Below are positions 43,999 to 53,621 of a stretch of 64,000 nucleotides of DNA, one piece after another. Below the pieces are notes generated by a model that was not told the origin of the DNA, did no database searches, and saw only the letters and a list, made by a program, of their open reading frames with translations. Source of the stretch: a virus; IMG/VR virus record IMGVR_UViG_3300045988_091501, positions 32,001 to 96,000 of that record, one strand, 5' to 3'. Numbering within the stretch: the first letter of the stretch is position 1; the number at the start of each line of letters is the position of its first letter. A program made the translations under genes and the position numbers.

Positions 43999-46900
43999 TT
44001 AATCTATACTTTTTAATATTGTATAATCTCTTAAAATTTCTTCTTGTTCTTCACTTTCAACCCACTTGTCATTATTGTCTTTAACACGTTTATTTTGTGT
44101 TCTAAAAGCAGTTTTAATTATGTCCCCACTCTTACATGGGTGGTCTTCATAATTACGTTTATTTGCCTTAATAAAGGTGTTCTCACCATCATTAACGTGA
44201 TATAAAGTAACAAATGGAGTGTTGTATTGATTTAACTCTACTTCTGATACAATGTAAATATTATCATCTGTTGATTTATCAATCAATTCTGTATAACCAC
44301 TAAGTCCTAATTGATAAGCCATTGTTTCAAGTAATGTAATAGGTTTATACATATACTTTGTAGAAACAAAATCAACAATTCCTTGATAATTATTTAGAAT
44401 ATATTCCATTAAAGAAACATTATCAATTTCTTTGAACATTTTTTCTGTTTCTTTACCACAAAATTGTTTAATTTCATGTATATTTAATCCAAAGTTTATA
44501 CATTCATCTTTCTTTAATTGTTTACATTCTCTTAATCTTTTCATAATAGAATCAACATCATTATAAATATTCCATTGATTTATTACATAATTCACATCCC
44601 CATATTCTGCAAAATAATCTAACTTAAATAAAATATCAATACTCTTTTTATTCAAATCACTTTGTAATAAATCTTTAAAAATAAAGAACAACCCATCATA
44701 TTCATTTTTATGTTGACTCATATTGTATAAGATTTGTGGTGCTACCTTTTGCATATTCTTTATACTTGCCATAGTTTGATTGATACAATTGTTTTCTCTA
44801 TCAATGGAAAATTGTCTATTGTCATCACCAAATGCAATAGGTTTTAATTTGATGCCACGTTTAAGCATTTCTTTCTTTAATGCAGTTACCTTATCTTTGT
44901 CACCTTTGTTAGTATATCTTTGTAATGTTACTTTATAAAATTCTAATGGATAATAAGCCTTTTGCCAAGCAAGTGTAACACTATCAATAGCCATACAATA
45001 AGCATGAGCAGAATTGAAACCATAAGAAGCACTATCCTCAATTACTTGCCATACTTTTTCAGCCATTTTCATAGCATTATCTTTGTCTGTTGTTTCTTTT
45101 GTGTTAAGTATAGCTTGTGCAAAATTAGGAATAAACTTTTCTTTTGCTTGTGTAATCACATAATGTTTCTTTTTACTAATAGCTTTAATGATTGTATATG
45201 TTTCACTCATAGGAAATCCCGCAAATCCTAATACTTTCATTAAATGCTCTTGATATAAAATAAATGAGCTTGAACAATATTGGTCTTGAATAAGGTCATC
45301 AAAAGCCTTTATTCCATAATCAAAATGTTTGCGTTGTTCAAATGTTTTATACATTGATTGAAATGATGGTCTAATACCAGCTACAAATTGTGTCAACTCT
45401 GAAATGTTCTTTGGTTTAAATCTCATAACTTTTTCAGTAGATTTTTGTTGCTCACATTGATTCACACACATTGTATAACCATTAGCATAAATATCCCAAG
45501 TCTTACTATCATTGTCAATCTTAGCAAGCAATTCGTTTACAGATAATGGTTCAATTCCTATCTCTTTATAAATATCATAGGTCAATCCAATAGAATCTAC
45601 AATGAGGTAGTCCTGCTTCAACATGCCGAAAGCATCAATAGTGCCACTTTCAATAACCGCAACGAAAGTTTCTTTAGCTTTATCTCCTTGTGATTCAGAT
45701 TTTACCATGATAACCCCGACTTCTTCTACAACATCAAAGTCTGCGCAAATTGTGCCGCAAGGATGTGCTTTCAAATTATCTACAATTCCCATGTATTGTT
45801 GACAACCATCAATTAAATATCCATATTTTTCTTTATCAACATAATCATAAATATCAATAAATTCTTTTTCATCATCATCTGCGTGTTTTAAAGCATTTTC
45901 ATATTTACTAATTTGCTTTGTTACAGTATTGGCTAATTGTGGATCAAGATTATATGCTCTTGAATACATTTTAAATGCAGATTTATAATGCAATGTACCT
46001 AAAGCCAATAGGTCAAATGTTCCTTCTTCCCCAATTATATCTTTTTGCGCTTGTATAAATGGTTCTCTTGATGATACATTGTGGTCAATGTCTGGCGGTG
46101 TGTGAGAATCTAATACTCTTTCTTTTGTTAAAAATCTTTCAGAATACATAAGCACTGGTGAATTAACTTTATCTACTTTTGTAAATCTAAATAATTTATT
46201 CAAATAACAAGATACGCCACTACCTCTACCACTAGGAGTCAATATCCCACCATATTCATCAATTCCACGTTTCATTATTTCATAAGTATCAATGAAATAA
46301 TCAGCCATGTTACATCCTTCAATTTCGGCTATATCATGCTTAATTTCTTTAATATATTCATCATACTTATCTTTGTTAATATCATTAGATTGCCTTTCCC
46401 ATTCATATCTAAGGATATTCTCAAAAACTTCATTTCTTTGTTCTTGTGTTAAATCACGATATTTTTTAGCCACAGGAACTTTTAATGACCTATCCAATAT
46501 AATATCATCAAATGTAAGTATAATATTAGTATTCTCTATTGCTTCTGTAATTTCTTCATCACTTAAAATTCCTTGTTCTTTAAATCTATTAAAGAATGTT
46601 TCATAACTTGGTAAATCCATATACCAACCTTGTTCATCTTCATAACTAATCTTATTAGATTTTAACAAGTCGTCTCTATCTGCCATTTGTGATTCAGTAA
46701 TAACATGACTGTCAGTTCCAGCTATAATTGGAATGTTATATTTATAATGCAATTCCATAATATGAGCATTTATTTCTTTTTGTGCTTGTGTATTATGAGG
46801 TTGCACTTCAAGATAAAAATCTGTGAAATGATTAAATAATTTAAGAACAATTTCATCAATTTTTGAATAGTCAACTACATTAGCATTATCACCAAATGGC

Positions 46901-47415
46901 AAATCTCTATCATCTATTGTATATTTATTCCAAAAGGCAATACAAGCCGATGTAACGAATACATCATCTTTTGGCAATGACAAAAGAATATCTAAATCCA
47001 TTCTATTCTTATAATAATACCCAGTTTTAAATGACTCATAGATTGCTCTATTTATTTTCTTACGACCATTTTCATTCTTTGCTAATAAAATAATATGACA
47101 ATTACTTGAATCAGAAGAATTTCTGTCTTTTACCCAATATGCTTCTGTACCAAATACGAACTTGATTGGTTTATAATTAGGATTTGATTCAAGATTCTTT
47201 TTATTAAATTTTTCAAGGTCATCATAAATCTTAAAATAATTTCCTTGCCATCCGTGTTCAACAGTTGAATAAATTGTTGGTATACCTTGGTCTGCTGATT
47301 TCTTATATTCTTTAAAATAATCCATAGGCACAAGTGGAGAATCTTTATTATATCTATGTGATAAACTCGTATGTTTGTGATAATTACAAAATGATAAAAT
47401 TTTACAATTATTCAT
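43999..47415 (-). CDS. dnaE: DNA polymerase III alpha subunit (DnaE-like, N-terminal PHP domain)
   Basis: ATG 47415 overlaps the HNH stop. PHP (CNYHKHTSLS...GTDSHV), palm motif HTPPDIDHNV, GMLKQDYLIVDSI, FNSAHAYCMAIDSVTLAWQKAYYPLEFY. These are all canonical Pol III alpha strings. Confidence 0.9.
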   Translation of the reverse strand: MNNCKILSFCNYHKHTSLSHRYNKDSPLVPMDYFKEYKKSADQGIPTIYSTVEHGWQGNYFKIYDDLEKFNKKNLESNPNYKPIKFVFGTEAYWVKDRNSSDSSNCHIILLAKNENGRKKINRAIYESFKTGYYYKNRMDLDILLSLPKDDVFVTSACIAFWNKYTIDDRDLPFGDNANVVDYSKIDEIVLKLFNHFTDFYLEVQPHNTQAQKEINAHIMELHYKYNIPIIAGTDSHVITESQMADRDDLLKSNKISYEDEQGWYMDLPSYETFFNRFKEQGILSDEEITEAIENTNIILTFDDIILDRSLKVPVAKKYRDLTQEQRNEVFENILRYEWERQSNDINKDKYDEYIKEIKHDIAEIEGCNMADYFIDTYEIMKRGIDEYGGILTPSGRGSGVSCYLNKLFRFTKVDKVNSPVLMYSERFLTKERVLDSHTPPDIDHNVSSREPFIQAQKDIIGEEGTFDLLALGTLHYKSAFKMYSRAYNLDPQLANTVTKQISKYENALKHADDDEKEFIDIYDYVDKEKYGYLIDGCQQYMGIVDNLKAHPCGTICADFDVVEEVGVIMVKSESQGDKAKETFVAVIESGTIDAFGMLKQDYLIVDSIGLTYDIYKEIGIEPLSVNELLAKIDNDSKTWDIYANGYTMCVNQCEQQKSTEKVMRFKPKNISELTQFVAGIRPSFQSMYKTFEQRKHFDYGIKAFDDLIQDQYCSSSFILYQEHLMKVLGFAGFPMSETYTIIKAISKKKHYVITQAKEKFIPNFAQAILNTKETTDKDNAMKMAEKVWQVIEDSASYGFNSAHAYCMAIDSVTLAWQKAYYPLEFYKVTLQRYTNKGDKDKVTALKKEMLKRGIKLKPIAFGDDNRQFSIDRENNCINQTMASIKNMQKVAPQILYNMSQHKNEYDGLFFIFKDLLQSDLNKKSIDILFKLDYFAEYGDVNYVINQWNIYNDVDSIMKRLRECKQLKKDECINFGLNIHEIKQFCGKETEKMFKEIDNVSLMEYILNNYQGIVDFVSTKYMYKPITLLETMAYQLGLSGYTELIDKSTDDNIYIVSEVELNQYNTPFVTLYHVNDGENTFIKANKRNYEDHPCKSGDIIKTAFRTQNKRVKDNNDKWVESEEQEEILRDYTILKSID

Positions 47416-47971
47416 TACTACCTTCCCTTTCCCACCAATAACCATATGCTGATTTTTGTTTTCCACTAATTACACCATTTATATTAGATGAACATATTTT
47501 ATTATTTTTACAAATTTTAATTGAATTTAAGTATTCAATTGCTTCTTTTGAAGAGTTGAATAATTTAATTTTTTTATGTGTTATTTTATCACACATCCAT
47601 ATTTTTTTCTTTTTTGAAATTGATAAATTTTTATTATGATTTCCATAATTATTATTATATTTTTGTGTGCCCCATTCTAAATTATAATAATTATTATTTA
47701 ATTTATTTTCATCTTTATGACATACAATTGGATAATTATTTGGATTCTCAACAAACGCTAAAGCCACTAATCTATTTATACGATATGTTCTCATATCATT
47801 ATTCCCATATCTTAAAGTTATTTGTTCATATCCATATTTATTTATATGTTTTGTAAGCCATTTATTTGTATTTGTTGACCAAACATTGCCATCATTTGTT
47901 ATATAAAACATTTTTGAATCATCTATTGGTTTAATATATGTATCATCAAGTAAATTTGGTACTAATTTCAT
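47408..47971 (-). CDS. HNH homing endonuclease (NUMOD4 + HNH_3 type)
   Basis: FYITNDGNVWSTNTNKWL, NRLVALAFV, VCHKDENKLNNNYYNLEWGT. AT-rich gene abutting dnaE. Confidence 0.8.
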   Translation of the reverse strand: MKLVPNLLDDTYIKPIDDSKMFYITNDGNVWSTNTNKWLTKHINKYGYEQITLRYGNNDMRTYRINRLVALAFVENPNNYPIVCHKDENKLNNNYYNLEWGTQKYNNNYGNHNKNLSISKKKKIWMCDKITHKKIKLFNSSKEAIEYLNSIKICKNNKICSSNINGVISGKQKSAYGYWWEREGSNE

Positions 47972-48005
47972 AACTCATCCCTTATCTCCTTTCTATATTT
48001 ACTCA

Positions 48006-48034
48006 ATTATATCACAAAAGACCACCTTTGTCAA
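48006..48034 (-). promoter_or_regulatory. consensus promoter TTGACA-17-TATAAT
   Basis: -35 at 48034-48029 (in the loop of terminator 48016-48045), -10 at 48011-48006. Upstream of the HNH/dnaE genes. Confidence 0.65.
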
Positions 48035-48045
48035 GTGGTCTTTTT
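48016..48045 (-). terminator. intrinsic terminator after the methyltransferase, overlapping the next promoter
   Basis: Minus strand: AAAAAGACCAC-ttgacaaag-GTGGTCTTTT. The loop is the -35 hexamer of promoter 48006-48034. Confidence 0.65.
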
Positions 48046-48048
48046 AAT

Positions 48049-48978
48049 CTATTTTAATCCATTAAAAATATGTGCAATAACATCAATAGTCCAACCATTT
48101 CCAATACATTTATATCTTTGTGTATCAGATAATCCTTCTGTATAATTGTCTGGTAGTGTTTGCGCTCGCTCACATTCAATAGGCGTTGGTTTATAATATT
48201 CACCATTTTCGTATTGAATATTAGTTGCTCCGCTATTTGAGATATTTTGTCCTGTCATTAAACATCTCATTTTTTGGTCTAAAGTTCTAATTGCTTTATG
48301 CGCCTTTTCATGTGCAAGAGTTCCTTCTTGTTTATTATTTAATCTATCTGTTATATTATATTGTTCTTTTTCTTCTGTTGGTTGAACAATATCTTTTAAA
48401 GTTAAACCTTTGTCTATTGGTTGTGATACATTCGGGATGTTTGTCCAGTATAGTCTTTTTCTACTTTGCGCAGAAAGCAATTTGCTATCAATCATAATAG
48501 GTTCTACGCCTAATGCTTGAGTAATAACATCTTGCCATTTTTTGCACATCTTTACATTTTCCAATAAAAAATATTTTGGTTTGCTTTCTTTTAATACTCT
48601 TACATATTCCCAAAATAAATAAGAATATCCATCAAATTCAAATCCTTTTTCTTTCAAATCTAAATATTGTTCAAGTGATGTAATTTCTATATTGTCTTTT
48701 GTACTTGCTCCATTCATTCTTCCGGCAAACGAAAAATTTTGACAAGGACTACCCCCAATTAGCAAGTCTAAATAACCATTATATTGTGTTCCATCAACAT
48801 CTCTCACATCCCCAATTTCTGTTATATCGTTCCAATTTTTTTGTGCTATTTTAATTGCATAATCACAAATTTCACTAGCATGATAACCATTAACTTTAAT
48901 TCCAGCTCTGTCTAAAGCACATCTGCCCCCCCCAATTCCATCAAAAAGACTTAATACATTTAATCCATTTTCATTCAT
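48049..48978 (-). CDS. dcm: DNA (cytosine-5)-methyltransferase, no adjacent endonuclease
   Basis: Motif I LSLFDGIGGG, motif IV GGSPCQNFSFAG, motif VI LLENV, SAQSRKRLYW, motif X GNGWT. Confidence 0.9.
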   Translation of the reverse strand: MNENGLNVLSLFDGIGGGRCALDRAGIKVNGYHASEICDYAIKIAQKNWNDITEIGDVRDVDGTQYNGYLDLLIGGSPCQNFSFAGRMNGASTKDNIEITSLEQYLDLKEKGFEFDGYSYLFWEYVRVLKESKPKYFLLENVKMCKKWQDVITQALGVEPIMIDSKLLSAQSRKRLYWTNIPNVSQPIDKGLTLKDIVQPTEEKEQYNITDRLNNKQEGTLAHEKAHKAIRTLDQKMRCLMTGQNISNSGATNIQYENGEYYKPTPIECERAQTLPDNYTEGLSDTQRYKCIGNGWTIDVIAHIFNGLK

Positions 48979-49003
48979 TTTTTATATCTCCTTTCATATT
49001 AAA

Positions 49004-49054
49004 ATTATGTTATTTGTAACATAATCCATCAATTTATGTTAATTATAACATAAA
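49004..49054 (-). promoter_or_regulatory. two operator-like palindromes at the methyltransferase promoter
   Basis: ATTATGTTA-tttg-TAACATAAT (49004-49025) and TTTATGTTA-atta-TAACATAAA (49033-49054). The second spans the -10 hexamer. The first lies between the promoter and the SD. Confidence 0.5.
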
Positions 49055-49070
49055 AAGGAGCTTTTGTCAA
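49042..49070 (-). promoter_or_regulatory. consensus promoter TTGACA-17-TGtTATAAT upstream of the methyltransferase
   Basis: -35 at 49070-49065, -10 at 49047-49042. Confidence 0.65.
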
Positions 49071-49083
49071 GCCCCTTTTGCAA

Positions 49084-49296
49084 TTAAATCTCTTCAATTT
49101 TAAAATAATCATCATAATCAACGTCTTCTAATTCATAATTATCAAGTACAAAATCTAAATAATCTGTATATCCTTCATTTCTTAATTTATTTAAAGCTTC
49201 TTCTTTAGATTCTGCTTCAATAATTCCTTCTCTGTGTCCATATCTTAAATGTCCTACTGCATAATTTGCGTCTTGAAATACTCTAAATTTTGCCAT
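49084..49296 (-). CDS. small acidic protein
   Basis: 70 aa with a D/E/Y-rich C terminus (LDFVLDNYELEDVDYDDYFKIEEI). Confidence 0.6.
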   Translation of the reverse strand: MAKFRVFQDANYAVGHLRYGHREGIIEAESKEEALNKLRNEGYTDYLDFVLDNYELEDVDYDDYFKIEEI

Positions 49297-49307
49297 GTTT
49301 TATCTCC

Positions 49308-49637
49308 TTAACCTTCAATCTTTTTAAATTCAATCTTTTTAAACAATTTTTTGAAATCGTCTTTAGTATATACTCTATATTCATTTTCATATATTCCTTT
49401 ATGTTCGTCTTGATACATTACAATATAATCACCAATATTTACTTTTTCTTCGTTACAAGTAAGCGTCCCAAATTTATTATTATATCTAATAATATTGTTA
49501 GTTGTTGCACCTAAAATCCAATCTGGAATTGTTAAATAATTTTCTGATGATCGACTTGTCAATGGATGCTTTTCATCAGTGTTGTCATATTGAAATTGCC
49601 ATGCCATACATACATTTTCTCTTACATATTTACTCAT
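49308..49637 (-). CDS. hypothetical protein
   Basis: 109 aa. AAAGGAGA SD. Confidence 0.65.
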   Translation of the reverse strand: MSKYVRENVCMAWQFQYDNTDEKHPLTSRSSENYLTIPDWILGATTNNIIRYNNKFGTLTCNEEKVNIGDYIVMYQDEHKGIYENEYRVYTKDDFKKLFKKIEFKKIEG

Positions 49638-49650
49638 AATTATCTCCTTT

Positions 49651-49875
49651 CTATGCCATATAATATCCTTGTTCTTGAATTTTATCCCATTCTGACTTAT
49701 GATACCATAAAATATGGTATTCTTCTACACCCATACAATTAACTAATACTTTGATTTCCAACATAGGGTCAGTTTCAATAAAATTTGGGTCTTTTTCTTG
49801 TATATATTTTTCCCATTTTTTAGTAACATCTACAACTGAAATTACCTTTTTAATATAATGTTCTAATAAATTCAT
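49651..49875 (-). CDS. hypothetical protein
   Basis: 74 aa. TAAATG junction with the upstream gene. Confidence 0.6.
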   Translation of the reverse strand: MNLLEHYIKKVISVVDVTKKWEKYIQEKDPNFIETDPMLEIKVLVNCMGVEEYHILWYHKSEWDKIQEQGYYMA

Positions 49876-50151
49876 TTAATCACCAACCTTAATAATATGT
49901 TTAAATTGTTTTTCATAGAAATCAAGATACAATTCTTTAGCATCACCATTATATGTTGCTTCAATAAATTGAGGATAAATAAAATTATACTTGGTATTTT
50001 TTACAATAAGCATAGCTTTGTTATTTTGAATTGTATGATTAGCCCATACAATAATTACTTTTAAGTCATCGTTTGTTTCATCATTGTCATGAAAACAATC
50101 TGCATCTTTAATTTCTTGATAACATAAATCTAAAAATTCCATTGTGTCCAT
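49876..50151 (-). CDS. hypothetical protein
   Basis: 91 aa. Tightly packed with its neighbours. Confidence 0.6.
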   Translation of the reverse strand: MDTMEFLDLCYQEIKDADCFHDNDETNDDLKVIIVWANHTIQNNKAMLIVKNTKYNFIYPQFIEATYNGDAKELYLDFYEKQFKHIIKVGD

Positions 50152-50152
50152 G

Positions 50153-50662
50153 TTACATCACCATCCAATCTTCTGCTAATACATCACTAATGCTAGGAGT
50201 CCAAGGAACAACTTTACCTTGCACTGTTTTAAGTGCGATATAAGGCTCATATTCAACCAAATCTTGTTCATTGACTAATTGTTCAGCTATTTTAGTACAT
50301 GGCTTATATGAGCCTTGTGGAACGTAATAAATGAATTGATTCTTTCCATTCCAACCTTGTCTTGTTAATTTAGAACCTTTTAACAGTTTGTCTAAGGCTT
50401 CATCAAATTTCATTAAACAATCATCCGTTTCTGCTATATATTGTTTAAATAATGAATTTCCTTTCCAATATATTCTACGTGATTTAGGACAAGCAACTCC
50501 TTTTCTAATGTCATCAATAGTATAACTTTTATATATTGTTCCATCAAATAAAACATCAACAATTTTATGACCATTTGATAAAATATGTACTTCACTGTCT
50601 ATTGATATAAAGTCTACACCATCTGCTCCAATTTCTTCCATTTCTTCTAAAATTGACTTCAT
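50153..50662 (-). CDS. DUF2829 (Tad2-like) domain protein with extra N-terminal domain
   Basis: The C-terminal half, FDEALDKLLKGSKLTRQGWNGKNQFIYYV...YIALKTVQGKVVPWTPSISDVLAEDWMV, matches the DUF2829 pattern (F-x-x-A-L-x-x-x-K-x-G-x-K-x-x-R-x-G-W...W-x-P-S-x-x-D-x-L-A-x-D-W). The N-terminal ~80 aa are unassigned. Confidence 0.65.
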   Translation of the reverse strand: MKSILEEMEEIGADGVDFISIDSEVHILSNGHKIVDVLFDGTIYKSYTIDDIRKGVACPKSRRIYWKGNSLFKQYIAETDDCLMKFDEALDKLLKGSKLTRQGWNGKNQFIYYVPQGSYKPCTKIAEQLVNEQDLVEYEPYIALKTVQGKVVPWTPSISDVLAEDWMVM

Positions 50663-50679
50663 ATTACTCTCCTTTCAAT

Positions 50680-50707
50680 AAAAGGAGTGAATATATTCAC
50701 TCCTTTT
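50680..50707 (-). terminator. intrinsic terminator after the Sak4-like gene
   Basis: Near-palindromic AAAAGGAGTGAATAT/ATTCACTCCTTTT flanked by A and T runs. Confidence 0.65.
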
Positions 50708-50714
50708 CAGTTTG

Positions 50715-51758
50715 TTATACTTCTACATTTCTCTCTCTTGCAAAAGCAACTAGGTTATTATAAATTGTTTCCAACTCAACCAATTGACTGTCTTTTGCTT
50801 CTGAAATTCTTACACCCTCTCCAAGTTGTTTATAAATAATATCCTCTACTTCTTCTGGATATAGTTCAAACAATGCAGTTACATAGGGCTCAATACAATC
50901 TAAGTAATCTTGCTTGGTATATCCATTGGAATCCATTGTAAATGATACTAAATCAGCACCATAATTTTCAGCAGACCTCTTTTGTGCTTCTTTCATAGCT
51001 TCAATTAAATTCTCTGCTGTAAATGGATTGATAACAGGCTGAATATCAAACCTAGAACCAGCATAATATTCGGCAGTTTCATGTGCATATGCAGTAGACA
51101 TAATTGTTTTTCCAGTTGTTTCGTCAACTCCGTTGCCCTTAATATAAAATCTGAAATCGCACATATCCTTTAAAAACCTAGCCGAATCTTTTACAGAATT
51201 AGAACCTTTTGGAACAATTTTAAATACACCATTTCCAACAGCTTTAATCTTACCATTTACTACTTGTTGTTCTTTGATTTCAACGAACTCTTCGTGCATA
51301 ATAAAGATAACAGTATAACCACAAGAACATAATTTATTTACATCCGCTTTAAATGCTGTTCTATATAAAGCATACCCATTAGGCATATCTGATTGACCAT
51401 TCATTTCACTTACATCTCTTACACCATATTCCCTTGCAGTTGCAGTAGCATAGATTTCAATAATGTCTGTTGCAGTATCAATTACAATAGTTTGAAATTT
51501 TTCTTTCATTTGACCGAGGGTTTTTTCATCTGTTAATTGTTTAACTACGTCTACAAAATCTTTCTTTTGTTTAATAGGAATTTTATACCCCTTAATAGCT
51601 GTACCACCAGCTTCTCCCATTAATAATAATGGCTTTGGAAATCTCATAGCTTGAGGTGTTTTCCCAAGGGTATTTCCACCATAAATAAGTATCTTCAAGC
51701 CTTCAATTCCATAAGATACTCCACTCTCTTCCAAACCTAATAAGTTTAAATTTGCCAT
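50715..51758 (-). CDS. Sak4-like / AAA_24-family ATPase (recombination-associated)
   Basis: Walker A KILIYGGNTLGKTPQA and Walker B-like TIVIDTATD. 347 aa with a C-terminal extension. An intrinsic terminator follows. Confidence 0.55.
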   Translation of the reverse strand: MANLNLLGLEESGVSYGIEGLKILIYGGNTLGKTPQAMRFPKPLLLMGEAGGTAIKGYKIPIKQKKDFVDVVKQLTDEKTLGQMKEKFQTIVIDTATDIIEIYATATAREYGVRDVSEMNGQSDMPNGYALYRTAFKADVNKLCSCGYTVIFIMHEEFVEIKEQQVVNGKIKAVGNGVFKIVPKGSNSVKDSARFLKDMCDFRFYIKGNGVDETTGKTIMSTAYAHETAEYYAGSRFDIQPVINPFTAENLIEAMKEAQKRSAENYGADLVSFTMDSNGYTKQDYLDCIEPYVTALFELYPEEVEDIIYKQLGEGVRISEAKDSQLVELETIYNNLVAFARERNVEV

Positions 51759-51803
51759 CTTCTATTTACCTTTCTATATTCACTAATAATAATCAAATTC
51801 TCT

Positions 51804-51828
51804 AAAAGGGCAGACATTACATCTGCCC
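51804..51828 (-). terminator. intrinsic terminator after the SSB-like gene
   Basis: Minus strand: GGGCAGA-tgtaatg-TCTGCCC followed by TTTT. Confidence 0.65.
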
Positions 51829-51839
51829 TATATCTTATC

Positions 51840-52829
51840 TTAGAACGGAGACTTCTTTGTTGAAGAACCAAATGGATTAGCCTTTGTACCACTAGAACTT
51901 GCTCCCTTTGGAGAACTCTTAGGCTTATCCTTGTTCTCTTTAGCGGTTTTCACCATATTGTTAATCTTAATATCACGCTCATTTAATGCCTGTTTCATAT
52001 CTTCGGGATTGATATAGTATTCATTTTCCTCATCGAACGCTTCATCACCACGGAATACACTATATTCAGTAACACTAAATCCACTTACCATGTGTGATTC
52101 TCTACGACCAAAACCACCAGTTGTAGGTTTCTTAACTCCTACTTGCTTAGTGATAATCTCATAATATAGCTTTACAGACTGACCAGCTTCATAGAATGAA
52201 TTGAAATCATCTGCAAGATCAGACTCTACAATAAATGTGAAAGGTGTAGTTTCAGCGTTTCGATTAAATGTATAAAGCTCAACCTTTAGTCTACCTGTTT
52301 CTTCTGCGTCCTCACCCTTTGTTTCAGGGATAATACTGCGAATAATACCACTGATTTCACAGTCTGCACTGTCTTCTTTGGGAACACCAGTAGATGTAAT
52401 TCTAAATCCATTCACTTGTGTAATAGACTTAAATTCATATGTGTCCTTATTAACGTATTCGTTCGCAGATAGGATTCCATCAATCTTAACTCTTGTAGGC
52501 ACTTCCCCATCCTTTGCATTATTCTTAGGAATATAATTTTCAAGAACAGTCTTTAAGGACTTAAAATTCGGATTGTCAATAAGCTGTCCGTTCTCATCTA
52601 ACTTCTTCTCACTTGCAGGGAAGAAATCTACACCAATCGCATTTCCCTTTACATCTACAAGGAACATAGGGTTCTTAAATTCCTTCTTTGCCATCTGTTG
52701 ACAAGTTACCTTCTTTTCAACTCCGTTTGCTCCCTTTAAGGTAACTTCCTTTGTAATCTCTTCAAGATTCATTTCAAGTAATTCACCAATAACCTGCGTA
52801 TTGTTAATACTAGCCTTAATTTCACTCAT
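51840..52829 (-). CDS. putative single-stranded DNA-binding protein
   Basis: 329 aa. The tail is K/S/G-rich and disordered, ending ...NPFGSSTKKSPF, which recalls SSB C-terminal tips. It sits next to the Sak4-like gene. There is no strong motif, so confidence is low. Confidence 0.4.
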   Translation of the reverse strand: MSEIKASINNTQVIGELLEMNLEEITKEVTLKGANGVEKKVTCQQMAKKEFKNPMFLVDVKGNAIGVDFFPASEKKLDENGQLIDNPNFKSLKTVLENYIPKNNAKDGEVPTRVKIDGILSANEYVNKDTYEFKSITQVNGFRITSTGVPKEDSADCEISGIIRSIIPETKGEDAEETGRLKVELYTFNRNAETTPFTFIVESDLADDFNSFYEAGQSVKLYYEIITKQVGVKKPTTGGFGRRESHMVSGFSVTEYSVFRGDEAFDEENEYYINPEDMKQALNERDIKINNMVKTAKENKDKPKSSPKGASSSGTKANPFGSSTKKSPF

Positions 52830-52940
52830 TTTAATTCTAATTCCTTTCTTCTCTTAAACTTTTTAATATGTACTTATCTATAATATCACTCCGAAGAGAT
52901 AATAAAATAAATGTATAATTTAATCTAAGTCATCTCACCC

Positions 52941-53198
52941 TTAGTCATTCACTGTCTTACCATTTGCAACTTTTTCAATTACATCTTTATTCTTTAAGTT
53001 GTTTTTAATAAACTCTTTTAATTCTTCCATTGTACAACCATTGTTAATTTTGTCAAGATATAATTGACTAGCAGTTTCAAAACCAATAACCATATTCTTG
53101 ATAAAGTTCTCTTTTAAACTACTTTCATAGTGATTAACAATGTTTGCCATTGCTTGTTTCTTTGTTGGTTTCTTTGATTGTTTACTTTGCATAGCCAT
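52941..53198 (-). CDS. hypothetical protein (85 aa)
   Basis: Internal ATG 53198 (MAMQSKQSKKPTKKQ...) overlaps the upstream stop. The longer track ORF would overlap the upstream gene by more than 170 nt. Confidence 0.55.
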   Translation of the reverse strand: MAMQSKQSKKPTKKQAMANIVNHYESSLKENFIKNMVIGFETASQLYLDKINNGCTMEELKEFIKNNLKNKDVIEKVANGKTVND

Positions 53199-53496
53199 AA
53201 TATTCAAACTCCCCTCTGTCACATACTGGACATAACCAAGCTGTAAACCATTCTTTATTATTATACTCCAATTCAGTATGAGTCTCGCAATAATTATAAG
53301 GTTGCAGTTTTGCGCTACACTCAATACAATATTGTTCTTTATTAAACCAATCAAGAATTACTTGTTTCATTTTATCATCATTTGTCGTGTGATACAAGTA
53401 AAATAACATATCCTTAATCAATTCTTTCCCATCTGTGCCATCACGATAATAATGTTCGTTGATCGTTTCTACAATTTCTAATGCAAAATTTTCCAT
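53182..53496 (-). CDS. zinc-ribbon protein
   Basis: 104 aa. CIECSAKL...CETH...CPVCDRGE. AAAGGAGG SD after a structured leader. Confidence 0.65.
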   Translation of the reverse strand: MENFALEIVETINEHYYRDGTDGKELIKDMLFYLYHTTNDDKMKQVILDWFNKEQYCIECSAKLQPYNYCETHTELEYNNKEWFTAWLCPVCDRGEFEYYGYAK

Positions 53497-53614
53497 ATAA
53501 TCCTCCTTTATATTTATTAGATTGAGAGATTTATCGGAGTCCCAATATCTAGGACTCCTACAAACGGAGGTAAAAAATGAATAAAAACATTAGAATCCCG
53601 ATAAATCTCTCAAT
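53497..53614 (-). promoter_or_regulatory. structured 5' leader closed by a 17-bp inverted repeat
   Basis: ATTGAGAGATTTATCGG (plus-strand 53521-53537) and CCGATAAATCTCTCAAT (53598-53614) are perfect complements. There is an inner 7-bp hairpin, GGAGTCC/GGACTCC. The leader also contains ACCTCC, which is complementary to the downstream GGAGG SD. Confidence 0.5.
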
Positions 53615-53621
53615 CATGTAT

